Source: Entomortierella parvispora E1425 (Eukaryota; Fungi; Mortierellomycota). From it: DNA of 64,000 bases. Location of the stretch: the NCBI GenBank assembly GCA_020891255.1, contig BQFW01000014.1, positions 806,001 through 870,000 of the forward strand, read 5' to 3'. The notes below the pieces were generated by a model. It made no database searches, was not told the origin of the DNA, and was given only the letters and a program-made list of their open reading frames with translations. Numbering within the stretch: position 1 is the stretch's first letter; each line of letters opens with the position of its first letter. Of the stretch, positions 1 through 12,050 are shown one piece after another. Position numbers and translations under genes: made by a program.

Positions 1-2857
1 TCTGTGCAACAATCTCAGACGGCCCAGGAAGTAACACAGGAAGAGGACTCTGGCGCAGCTAGAAGTGGTTCTCGGATGTCTGATGTTCAGGTCTACGAGG
101 AAATGGATGATCTGCCATTCATATCGCCGTCATTACCGCCAACTTTCGTTTCGAAGAGTGTTACCAATCTTCAGGAGGATACTCTGTCGACAACAGCCTC
201 CGTTTCAAAGGCTCAAAGTGTACAATCCAAAGGATTTTTGGACGAGGATGTCTATAACGAGCTCTCCATTGGAGGCACGGAGCGGATAGCGGAGGTATTC
301 CTTCACAAAAGAGGCATCTTGGAGGGAACACTGCCAGCAAGTTCAGCAAACATCGACGCGACCCCTGGCTCATCGCTACCCAAAAAACGAAAGCTATCGA
401 CTTCAATATCGAAACTACCCAACCAACCTCCACAGAGCGAAAAAGGAAAGAATGTACAGCAGCAACAAGAAACGGAGCAAACCACCGCACCTTCATCCGC
501 TGCATCGACTTCAACTAGCGCACCTGGACAGAAATCATACCAGCTCTCAGATTTGGTGGCGTCTGTTAATTCATACGGCCCTGAACTTACCACAGCGTTG
601 CGAAACCTGGAGGCGACTCCAAAGCCAGTACAGATCACTGTGCCGCATCCAACCATCCAGCCCAAACAGCCTGCTGGACTCTTGGATATGGATCCACCTT
701 CGACCCGCTTTCATCACCCTTGCATCTTTTCACACGACAACCGCTCCATGCTCACCCGAGACGAGCATAGGCGGATGCTCATGTACGAGGCTGTGGTTCG
801 TAAGCGACTTCCGGGAATGTCAGCTGAAGACAAGGCTCTCTGTGCTGAAATTCAAGCAAAGGTGGAAGAAGAGCGCCAGAGAGTTTCTCAGTGGAATTCA
901 GCTACCGTTCGATCCAGGATATCCAACTACTTCAACCCAGCGATCCGAGATGCCCTAGAAATGAAGTGGTGTCGAGGGAGAACCCGAGTGAAGGAGGATT
1001 ATCCTCAAAACTATGGATTTCTTCATACTGTTGGATTGCGGCGACCAGGCGTGACCGGAGTCAAAGAGCCCTTCATGACTCGAGCAGTACCGAAGAAGGT
1101 CGAGGATAGCACAAGAGGTGACACTTTGACCGCGGATCAACGACAACGCGGCTTGTTGCACAGAACAGGAGATATTTGCCCCGTCTCTCTGGCAAAGCCA
1201 ATATGGCCAACAGATGAAAACGGAGTACCTTTCGAAAAGACAATTGACGTGGATGATCGATATTGGCGAATGAGCGCAACAACCGCTGAACAGCCTACTA
1301 CAGAAAACGTCAAGACAGGACGAGATAAACGACGCGGGCAGTTACCTGTCAAGAGACAAGTAGTGGCGGTGTCGAACGATCCTCTCGCTCGACAATTTGT
1401 GAGGGAGCAGAATATCACTATCGCCATTGGTGCAAGTGCCATGGTCGCATTAGCAAAAACTCTTCCAAATTTGACGGCCGAGTGGGAGATACCTGTCAAA
1501 GTAGTGATGGAGCCAGATGAGGAAGGTAAGTAACCGAAGGCACGAACCATCTGGCAATTCTATGATGACTTGCATGTCTAACTTTTTGTAATATATGATA
1601 GGGAATATGAAGAAGAGAGTCTACGTCGATAAGCCTCTGATACCAAAGCGAATGACAAGATTGGCTGCGACCCAGCAGTTTTATGATGGTGTTTGTAAGA
1701 AACTTGCACTCATAGGCTTGTCGTCCACGGATGTCAGCGTGCTTTCACAACCTGCACAACGATCAACAGCGTTAAGTTCTGAGCTCACAGAGCCGCAAAA
1801 ACTACGAGTGATCGCCAACGATGCTGTCGAACCCTCACAGTCTTCCGTAGTTTCAGAAGCTGACTCGCAAACAACGGAATCACCTGCAACGGCGTCAACC
1901 TCGGTCTCTACTGATAAGCAGGGAAGTGAAGAGGGGACTCTTGGAAGTCACACGGAAACATTGGGCGCACCCAGTTGCCATAATCTCGAATATTCCCTGT
2001 GGACGTTTGGAGAGCTAACGATTTTGGTCCGCAATCGACTTCATGGATATCTCAATAACACAGTAGGTTCATATTCTGTGGGGTCGGTTAAATACGGCTA
2101 GATTTGGTACTAATTGAGTTGACTTTTCTAGACTCCACGGCGGCAGGTAGTCGTCAGGTCGATTCTGGACTATACTCCAGACATAGGACTATCAGAGGCA
2201 ACCAAATCAACAATGGCGGGCTGGTGGATGGCGACCTGGATAAGAGATGATCGCCTTTTAGCCATTGCTCGCGTGGACGTATCCAAGAACCAGTTTGTAC
2301 AGTACATGGACCCCAACCCATCTGCTACGGCCCTTGTCAATCCCGAAAATCCATTCCGTGGTGTCTTCAGTGATCTGCCTGCCATATCGATTGAGGATGC
2401 AAGCGTCTTAAAAGCACAGGATCGCGAGATTCAAGAATGGATCAAGCCAAACATGCGCTTAATTCATCACGTCCTTGGAAGACTAGTACAGCTCAACCCA
2501 GGGCAATATCTACTGGGACACAAAACAGGCGACGTGAATGCGAACCTGTACCAGGCTCTGACCGATGATGTCAGCTCATCGTCCGCTGCAGCCAGGAAAT
2601 ACGACTTGCACGCCGCCCATCAGTCTTCACCTCAGTTGGCGACGGAGCAAAATGCGGAGGGTGAGAGCGGTGGAAGCACGCTGGCTGAAGACGAGCCCGT
2701 GTTGAGATGGACTGGAACTCCAGATCAAATCCCAGGCACGTTCCCTTATGAAGATAGAGAACTTTCCAAATCCAACCCTGGATCAAAATCCAAGTCAAAA
2801 GGCAAGAGAGGAGCTTCACACGCGACAGGAGGCGTGGGCAGGAAGGCCAAGGGCTGA
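1..2857 (+). CDS. Little elongation complex subunit 2 (ICE2/NARG2)-like protein, 5'-partial
   Basis: The frame is open from the window start. Exons <1-1525, 1602-2062 and 2132-2857 are joined by GT-AG introns that conserve frame. The C-terminal half (KRVYVDKPL, NLEYSLWTFGELTILVR, WWMATWIR, LARVDV, LNPGQYLLGHK) resembles the NARG2_C domain from memory. Confidence 0.65.
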
Positions 2858-3121
2858 AATAAACGACAAGCCGTGACACACATGGTGACGTCCCGTGATC
2901 CGAGTGGCGCAGCCAGCAGCGCACTCGTGTCCCTATTTGAAAAATTTGCGTCAGATAAATGTGAGTCGACAGCGCATTTCATCATCCTTTGTCGCTCCCC
3001 CCGTTCGATCATTGCCCACACACCTTTCAGTCCATCTAACTGCATCCGATCACTTGTACTTCACCCTACAAGTAGAAAGAAGAATCATCAAACAACAATC
3101 AACCACAACAACTCACTCTTC

Positions 3122-3144
3122 CACACACACACACACACACACAC
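3122..3144. repeat. (CA)n microsatellite
   Basis: Run of ca dinucleotides seen directly. Confidence 0.9.
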
Positions 3145-3334
3145 ATACCCCATTTCGCACTCCCTTCCACTTACTCGTACAGTCCGCCCCTTCCCTATCT
3201 GCCTCTGCGCAACTCCGTTGTTTGTTTCTTCTGGTCGTTTGCTGTGGGCTTGCAGCTAGACTCGCCGTTCGTTCGTCAGTCTCCTTTTCCCCTTACCTCA
3301 CTCTTTGTCCTCTTTTCGCTCGACGCCTGCAACC

Positions 3335-3982
3335 ATGGTGGCATGTATGACAGCACCCCGCTCCTTGGACGCCAAGCCAGTGGATACGACAAAGCATGTT
3401 CAGCAGATGCAAGAGCTCTCTGATGAGGCCATCAAGGCCCTGCTGAGGTAAAAAAAAAGAAGATTGATTTTCTTTCTTTTTCCCCCCTTCCCCGCATCTG
3501 TTGGGTCTGAGAAGAATGATTGAGAGAGTCGGGTTTTGACCTGGCCATTGAGCTACATGGGAAGAAAGAACTAAAAATAAGACCGCGGGGGCAATCAGAA
3601 AAAAAAACCCAATATGGGATTTTGCGAGGGATACCAAACACAATTTTGCCAAGGAGCGAGAAGGAAAACAAAGGGCTCCCACTGGTTCTGGGTTGTTCGG
3701 TAGTGTTGTTGGAGAATCTTTGTCTGTTACTTTGCAAAGAAAGGCCACAATATGCTAACAACCAAACATGTTCGCTTGTATTGCGTCTTCTCCCCTCCCT
3801 CTCTCTCGTTTCCTTCTCTTGTCGTTGTTCTTTTCTTTTGAAAACACAGCAAAACGAGAAGGCACAGAAAGAGCAGAACTGCCGGAAAGCAATCTGGCAC
3901 TTCGCCATTGCTTCGCCAAGTCCTGAGACGGTCGCTACTTGGCCAAATCGGAAAACACCAGCTCAAGACGGAAAAGTGCTAA
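3335..3982 (+). CDS. Putative small two-exon protein (81 aa, basic), function unknown
   Basis: accATGg start after a pyrimidine-rich leader. Exon 1 is 3335-3447 with a GTAAAA donor; the CAG acceptor ends at 3849; exon 2 is 3850-3982 and stays in frame to TAA. Product MVACMTAPRSLDAKPVD...QVLRRSLLGQIGKHQLKTEKC. No family recognised. Confidence 0.35.
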
Positions 3983-5741
3983 GCCCAAGCACCATGGTCC
4001 CTCACCAAGAAACCTGGCTCCGTGTGTTTTCCTCCCCCTGTCTTTGTTGGTTTATGGCAATCCTGAGCTCCAAATGTTCAACGACGATGATGGACGAACG
4101 AGTCTCTCCCTTTTCTTTTTTTCTTGCTCTTTTTTTTTATTTTTTGTGGTATCATGTTTCCTTCATTGGAGCCACATCTGCTTTCGGTCTATTTCGGCTT
4201 TCCATGTAAAGCGGTAAACACGGAGAGAGAAGGAAGCAGGCAATCAACACCTTGTGTTGTATTGGTTCTCCTCTCGACTCTCGAAAAAAAGCCAAAAAAA
4301 ACACTCCACATATCCCTTTCATGCCAAAAAAAAAGAACAAAAAAAAAAGAAGTTTTCTACGTGGCGCTTTCCTTGAGCATGGCAACCCCCCTTTGGACTG
4401 GCGACGAGGTCCCGAAGCTTGCCGTTAACTCTGTGTACTATAATAAAATATCGTCTTCCCCCCCAAAACCATGACTCCAGGCCCGATCGAGGGCCTCAAT
4501 GACGTAAATCTTATCTTTTGGAGTGGCGTTGGAGTGGCATGTGGTCCATTGAGAGTTGATCGGGATGACCAATCGGGATGACCAGAGATGAACGAGCTTT
4601 CCATTACCACGTTGCAACAAAAGTCTGGAGCGCATGTATAAACAGGGCAACCATGGTGCCACCTAGTATCCTAGTATCCTAGTATCGTCGAGAAGTCCAA
4701 GAATCACTTGCCTCCTTCCTACTGTATTATCTCTTCAAATGAACGACGTGACATTCGCTGAATACACCGTAAGGCGGCATTTTAGCCCGGAGCATTAGGA
4801 GCGCACGATGAGGACGGATCTGGGCGTGGAGACCAGGCTATTCTTCTATTACTTTCCAGAGGCTTTGGCACCATCGGCAGTCATGATGAAGTCAAAAGAA
4901 CCAGGAACGCAGGAAGAGAGTCCAAAGCAATCGCAGAAAGAACATGGAGAAATCCTTGTGACTTTTCAAGCTGGAAGAAGCCGAAGGAAGCCGAGGCTCT
5001 GGTGTGTCAGCCCGAAACTAGCGGCAGAAGCTGCCGGTACAACACAGTAACTTGACACGTCCATGTGGTTAAGATACATCAAAAAGCCTCAATTCTGTGT
5101 CGTTTGAGGCTAGGCTTGCTTCAGCTCACAAGAAATGATCTCGTTGGAGAATCTCTGGCCATTGTATCTGCGATCTCGAATGATGGTCAGTCTTAACAGG
5201 CACACAATGAGTATTTTACTTACAACAGTCTTTGAAAATATTCTCTTCCAAAAAGACTGCGCCCAAGAATGTTTGAGCCACTCTGCACCCCCCAGCTGCA
5301 CCAATGATCTCCACTAGTCTAGTAGATTGAGAAGACAATGCATTGGAAGAATGTTTGTAGCCACTCCTGCCCACATCAAATATTCTTCGCAGGTCGACAA
5401 GGACTGCGCCCAAAACATTTAACTTTTCAAGCCGCTCCTCACGCTTGCGGCAGCGATACCCATGAGTGAATCACACACGTCAAAGATAATATTGCATTTA
5501 GGAATAGAGTCAACGAAAGAGCTCTGTCTCTTGACTTGGAGATTGGACCTGTGGCCTGAAAAGTCGAGCAGCAGAGGAAACAGGCGCGACCCAAAGCTCA
5601 TTTCCCCCCCGCCCCTCGCCCCTCGCCCCTCGCAATGACGTCACATTTTTTTTTTTTTTTCTCCTGTCAGGACTCAGACACGCCGCGAAAGAGCATTTCA
5701 TTCCACACCCCATCGACATCGACTCTAGTCTGGAACGCAAC

Positions 5742-7845
5742 ATGAGCTCGTTCAAGAAACGCGTCCCTTCCGCTCAGGCGAGTCTACCTGCAGGATGTCG
5801 ACTGTCAGCGTACAATGGACAAGTGCTGATCTCTACAGGCGTGCCTTCTCTGGACGATATCCTGGGCGGAGGACTGCCCGTGGGAACAATTCTCTTGATC
5901 CAGGAGGATCGTCAGACCTCTTATGGCCAGTTGCTGTTGAAGTACTTTTTGCGACAGGGCATTGTAGCCGGCGACAAGTGTGTGGTGGTCAGTGGAGACG
6001 AAAGACCAGAGGCGATCGTACGGTCCTTGATGGGGATCGCAGGCGAGGAGAGTCTGTCAGGTTCAGTCCAGCAGGGAGTCGATAACCGGGACGATGACGA
6101 GGAAGAAAAGGCAAACCAAAGGAGAAACAGAGCCAAGGGAGCAAGCGGTTCGTCTTCTGCTTTGGACGACGAAGATTCTGAACAGGATCGATTGACGATC
6201 GCATGGCGATACAGTGGCCTCAAGAAGTTTGAGAGTGGTGTCGGAACCCGCCCACCAGGTAATTCAAAGTACAATTGGAAATGGGAGCCAGGATCCGATG
6301 TTGGACAGGGAAGAAAAGAACCAATGGTATGATACGAAAAAAGAGCATTGCCCTAACTCTATGTCCTCCTTTCTAGCCATTTCGTCTAGAGTGAACAAAG
6401 GAGGCGCTAGTAACAATGGATCCGAGCCAGCTCTGACTCCCAGCCAGATCCCATTCTGTGAACAATTCGATCTGACAACAAGGATCTCTGCAAAGGCACT
6501 GGAGACCGCCGACACGACCCTGATCGACTCTGGCGAGTTACTGCGGAACAAACTCTCGGACAATGATAACACGGATGACAGCGACGATGACGATGAAGAT
6601 GAAGACAATTATACTGCGCAACGGGCGGAACGTCAGCCTGATCAGTATCGCAATGTCCTGGACAAGATCCGTGAGACGTTGATCGAAGGAGGATTCAGCA
6701 CCACATTGGTCAAAGACCCATCTGCAGCTCCTGCAGCTGCCACCCCAGGAGCATTGGCAGAGCGTCATATCTGCAGAATTGGTATCAACTCGATTGCTTC
6801 GCCCAGTTGGAGAAGTAAAACACCACAGGTACAGCCCTCCCTTCCCTTCCCCTTCAACGTGAGCACACAGTATGAGGAGGACGAAAAACAAAAACAACAA
6901 TTATTTAGCTTTGTGCTACATTTGCACTGCAACGGAAGATCTGATAATCCATATCCTCCTCCGTTCTTTGAAACATAGGATCTCTACAAATTCTTGCATG
7001 CCCTTCGTGGACTTTTGCGTTTCAGTTTCGGAGCCGCAGTCATCACTATCCCAGCTCATCTGTACGGCACCATTGACCAACGCCATGCCACGGATGGATC
7101 AACGTCCTCTCCTTTTATTCATCGACTGGAGCAGCTCTGTGATGCCTCTGTCCGGATCGAATCCTTTGCTGGAGCTTTAACCAATGCTTCTTCTGCCGCC
7201 TCTGCTTATCATGGATTGTTCCACGTTCACAAAATTCCAGTGCTGAACTCGTTGATCCCTTCTTCTACAAAGCTTTCTGTCCTGTTGGACGGTGCTGCCA
7301 AGGGTTCTGGTGGCGCAAGTGCTTCGAGCAATGGTTCTGGAGGATCTAGTAAGGGCGTGAATAACCTGGGATTCAAGGTTAGGAGGAAGCGGTTCGCAAT
7401 CGAGACGTTCCATTTGCCCCCAGAGGGAGGCGTGGGACAGAGACGCACCTCCTCAGAGCCTTCGTCGACCTCTTCTTCACTCTCGGATCGCAAGGGTGCC
7501 TCTGGATCGTCATCGTCATCCTCATCCTCATCTTCTTCAATGGCGCCTAAGAAGCTGTCATCTGGAACTGAAGGCAGCGGTAGATCAAGGTCTCTTGGCG
7601 GCAGTGGCAACAAGGGAGCAACAGGACAAGTGGATGTGCACTCTGTCCCAGGCGCAAGTGGTGTGGCTCGCAAGATGATGGGTCTTCCTCCCAAGGGCAT
7701 CCAGGGTGCTGTGGCATCCGGTTGTAGTACTGGAGGGTCTGATGGCCAAGAACATCAACATTCACATGCCCATGGATCATCGTCATCCTCCTCTCAAAGA
7801 CCAGGTGTGAACCTTGGCGCCAACAGCAGTTTGCTCGACTTTTAA
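5742..7845 (+). CDS. ELP4: Elongator complex subunit 4 (PAXNEB)
   Basis: Exons 5742-6258, 6377-6828 and 6979-7845. Motifs ISTGVPSLDDILGGGLP, LLLKYF, LTIAWRY, RIGINSIASPSW, KFLHALRGLLR and NNLGFKVRRKRFAIETFHLPPE are typical of Elp4. Confidence 0.92.
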
Positions 7846-8076
7846 TAGAGTCAATTGAAGTCAAAATAAAAACCCACCCGCATGTATCATATCAAGTCCT
7901 TCAAGATCTTTTTGTCTATAGTTTCATTTAATTACAAGGTCATCAAGAAGTAAAAAGAAAAAAAAAGAAAGAAACGAAAGCTGAATGGGTTGGGGGGATA
8001 TGTAAGTGGTAACTTTTTCACAAGCATTAAAAAAAAACAAAATGAATCATCTAAAAAGTTATTTTTCTCTTTGTTT

Positions 8077-11064
8077 CTATGCACTAGAAGGGGAAGGAAC
8101 GGCGGCACCGGGGATCTTTGCGTTGGGAGGGACGATGCCAAACTTGTAATGGACATCCAACAAGATCTTGAGCGCGTTCTTGGACTTGAGGTAGCTCAAA
8201 TCGTCCGAGGGACCGGGAGCAACGTGGGCCAGAGCCTGCTGGGCCTTTTCTTGGGATCCATCAAAGGGGAAGGCACGCTGGAGCATCTCATAGACCATCA
8301 AAGTGGTACCGAACTGGGGTGATGAACGGAAGATACGAGCGGGACCACCCTTGAAGAAGGCACGGAATCCCTCTTCAGCGTAGATCTTGCGAGCGGCATC
8401 GCGGATACCGTTGTAACTGCTCTGACCCTTCTTGGCCTCGACTTGAAGACGGGTTTTGATCACATCAGCGGGTGTGGTAAAGTAAGCGGCGGGCATACCG
8501 GCGGCAGCACCGGCCATCAAGAGCTCACCGATCGTCAAGCGGTGATCGGGTCCCTCATGGAACAAGTCCTTCTTCAAATGTGCGTACACGGGGAAGTAGA
8601 TGGCCGAGAAGGGAATATCACGGAGCAAACAGGCGCTGGCACCCTTGTAAAGACCAACAATACCCAAGGTACGGACAATCGCCACGGCTCCAGGACGGGG
8701 AGCACCAGCATCCAAAGTCTTGGCAGCCTCTCCAGCAACCTGAAGACGAATCTTGACAATCTCCAAAGGATTCGTGAACACGACTTGAGATCCTCCAGCA
8801 ACACCTCCAGCAATGAGTTCTCCCGTGAATGTAATATTGCCGTTCTTGTCCGTCAAGTGTCTCCGCACGAGATCGTTCATTGTCAACTTGATGGCCTTCT
8901 CGGGTGCAACTCCGACCAACTGAGGTCCCAATCCACGGTATAATCCCAAAACTCCCTCGTTCTTGACGACCTTCTTGAAACAATCAATGCTGTTCTTGTA
9001 CAAGAGCTCACCGACAACCTTGGAACGCTGGTTCTGCATACGGGTCTTGACCAAATCAATAGGGTACACAACTGTTGCTCCAACGGCACCACTGATAGAT
9101 CCCAACAAGAAACCGTCTAGATTATTAAAAGGCGTCGGAAGGAAATTAGCAAACATCGACAAAGAGGTCAAGATCCAGTAGCCTCAGAGATAGATAAAAC
9201 AAGAAACTCACATGATCCCTTCAAAAGGTCGTGGATGCGACCGTGCTTGACCTCAGGAACGGCAGCTGCGGTGGCTGGCAGAGCGTGCTCCCATTTAGCT
9301 TCCAAGAGCCGGAAGAAATCTTTGAGCGCGAGTTTTCCAGAGGGGTTGTCCAGACCGGCGAAATGGAAGACAATATCAGCCTCCATGGGAGTGAAGAGCG
9401 AGAAGCGGGTCTCCTTGGCGGCTGTGTTCATGAAATCGGCCTTAGTGATGGTGCCATCCTTGCTGGTCTGGATCGCTTTCCGGATCACACGCTCGACCAT
9501 GTCCATCTCACGAATGACATTATAAAAAGCCATTACGTTGGCAAACGAGATCTTGTTGCCGGCGTACAAGTTGCAGAGTGTAGGCAAGTTGTCCAGGACA
9601 TGATCTGAGAGCTTGTGTCCTGCAATGTCAATGATCACCTTCTTGAACTCGTCAGGGGTAATATAGCCGGTTGTCTGGGTATCATAGAATCGGAACTCCT
9701 GGCGAAGACGCTCGGCCTGGAGACCCTTCAAAAGCTGGGAGAACTCCTTGTAAGGCATCTCATGTGACGCGGTCTTGCCACCGGTGTACAAATTGAGCCA
9801 CTCGCACTCGAAATCGAAGGGGATCGAGTCCTTACCAACGTTGGCGGAGAGGATCTGTCTAAATTGATCGCGGGTGATCTTGCCTGAGCCGGTGGTATCG
9901 AAGAGACGGAAAGCAATCTCGTACTCGGCATCAGGATGTGAGAGCAAGTTCTCGAACACGGTGCTGTGGAACGATTGAACGATTAGAAGAATAGGGTAAG
10001 CAATTGGTACAAATAAGCGAAGCCCTGCTTGCATGCAAGCGGGTCAGTCAGTTTTGTCCCTCGGGGGAGAATGAGAAGGGGGCAGAAGAAGAACAGCTCT
10101 CTCTCTTTTTTCGCTCTCGGAAAGAACGTTCTTTATGGTTTTACGGTTGATCGATGTTACTCGCTCCCTCGCTTTTCTTTTCACTTTGAGCCACACTTTT
10201 TCTTCCACTTTTTTTTCCTTCACCACCATTCTTTGGTGTCACCCTCTCCCTTCTTTCCATTCCCCCGCATTTCCTCTTTTGCAGCTTTTTTTCTTTTTTG
10301 TCCTATTCAAACCTGTCGCTCACATGGGCCAGGGTCAATAAAAAACAACAATTGAGAGTGCAGAATCACGTCCCTCTCAACTCTCTTGCTCTTTTTACTC
10401 ATTTTACCCCGCACTCCTCGCTATCCTTTTCTGCTCCTTGTTGTCGACGACGATAAAACAAAGAGAGATGCCGACATCCTCGTGTTCAAATCTTGCTCTC
10501 TAGTGTCGGCTTGATCGTTTCTCCTTGTCCATGCGTTCACCCCACTTTCTTCTCGGCCACCTGTCCCCACAAATGACCCAGTTTGTTCTCTCCTTCACTC
10601 ATTTTCTTTCTCCCGTCTCTCCTTCCTCAATCTTCTTTTTTTGGTCTTCCGTTCTCTTTCGGTCGACAAAAAGAGTCCCCAGAAACAAACAGAGTAGAAA
10701 AAGAAAGAATGGAAACATGATCCCATCCATCATCCATCATCATTCCTGCTTTCTCAAAAAGAAACAAAGCAAAGCAAAGCAAAAGAAAACAAGATAAAAG
10801 ATCAAGGAAGAAAAAGAAAATGAGAACTTACAAGTCAGAGAGGGACAAGAGTCCTTGCTTGGATTGATCTGCGACATTGAAGAGGATACCGTATTGGGAT
10901 CGCTGTAACCGCTTGTAATCCTCGCCGGGTGCGATCGCATTGACAAAGTCCTCTTTGGTCATGAACTTTTCGCCATTCTTCTCGATCGTGGCAAATCGGT
11001 TGAAGACGCGCTTGTAGCGTTGGATAGCATCCTCATGGATGGCCGAGTGGGATAATGCAGTCAT
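8077..11064 (-). CDS. AGC1: Mitochondrial aspartate/glutamate carrier with EF-hand N-terminus (aralar/citrin-like)
   Basis: Exons 11064-10832, 9963-9212 and 9116-8077. Three carrier signatures ([33 protein letters not shown]), plus [10 protein letters not shown] and RSSPQFG. EF-hand-like loops [24 protein letters not shown] and [12 protein letters not shown]. Confidence 0.95.
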
Positions 11065-11872
11065 TCTTTAGAAGGTTATATAAAGATTGTTGACAGTTGG
11101 TATCGAGCAAATGACCACGGATCTTGCGATTCAGTCCAGGAGCGGAAGCAGAAGTGTGGGAGAAAAGGAGAGGAAGGGATGGGGATGAGGGGTAAAAAAG
11201 CCTTGAGGGAAATCTGGAAAAGAGAAAGAAGGAAAGAAAGAAAAGTTAGACCTGAGCGAAATAAAATAATTGAATGCAAGATGGGCAAAGCGGCATGGCT
11301 CCTTCGACCCGTGCACAAGGCGAGGCAGAAACAGACACAGACACCACATCCACGCAATGCTTCGATGGAAAGGAGAGCAGAAGGAGAGGAAGCATTGCCG
11401 CATTGTATTGCAATATACAGCAATACAGCATTTCTATCGCTCCGCACTCAGCAACCATCCAAACCCAATGCAATGTTCCCCTGACGCTGGTCTGTCCTCA
11501 CTCTATTTCGGGCAAAGTGGCCGTGGGGCTGGGAACTGCTTGTAGGCCCTTGTGTCCCGGGTGAGATGTTCTCCCTGATCAGCCTGCATTGCCAATGCAA
11601 TGGACTGATCCAGGGTCGAATAACATGCATTTTCCCAGATCCTGATCAGCTGTCCTGTCCATCTGTCTCTAGATTCTTTTCTTTCGAGAGATCATCCGAG
11701 GAGAGCAAGGCAAGGCCCACAAGTCGAGTTCCATGATAGTCTGCCACGAATCCAGGGAAATCCGGGGTTTGTTGCTAGTTCCAGTCCCCAGACCCTGATC
11801 CAACGAGACGCCAAGTCCCGCGGGATGACCCTGTGTCAGGTCGTTGTCCATATTCCCCCTGGATTTGCTTAC

Positions 11873-12050
11873 CACAGATGAACACGATCCGCACAAGGAT
11901 GGACCCGAGGGATGAGAGAAGGAGAGGAGGAGGGGGAGAGGGAAGTGAGGGGAGAGGTCTGGCTAGGCAAGAGTGAAGAGAAAAGAGAGGAAAAGAAGAA
12001 GAAGAAGAAGAAAAAGAAAAAGAAGAGGTGGTGCTCGATCGACGGAGTCT
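11873..12050 (-). promoter_or_regulatory. Probable non-coding 5' exon of the carrier gene
   Basis: On the minus strand, a pyrimidine-rich ATG-free segment ends in a GTAAGC donor (11872). A matching AAG acceptor (11066) lies one base before the ATG at 11064. The upstream boundary is approximate. Confidence 0.4.

Noticed and set aside
8443-9608. Antisense and alternative-frame ORFs over the carrier (similar ones lie over tubulin, septin, RACK1 and SCS7)
   Set aside because: They are shadows of highly biased coding sequence with no independent evidence.
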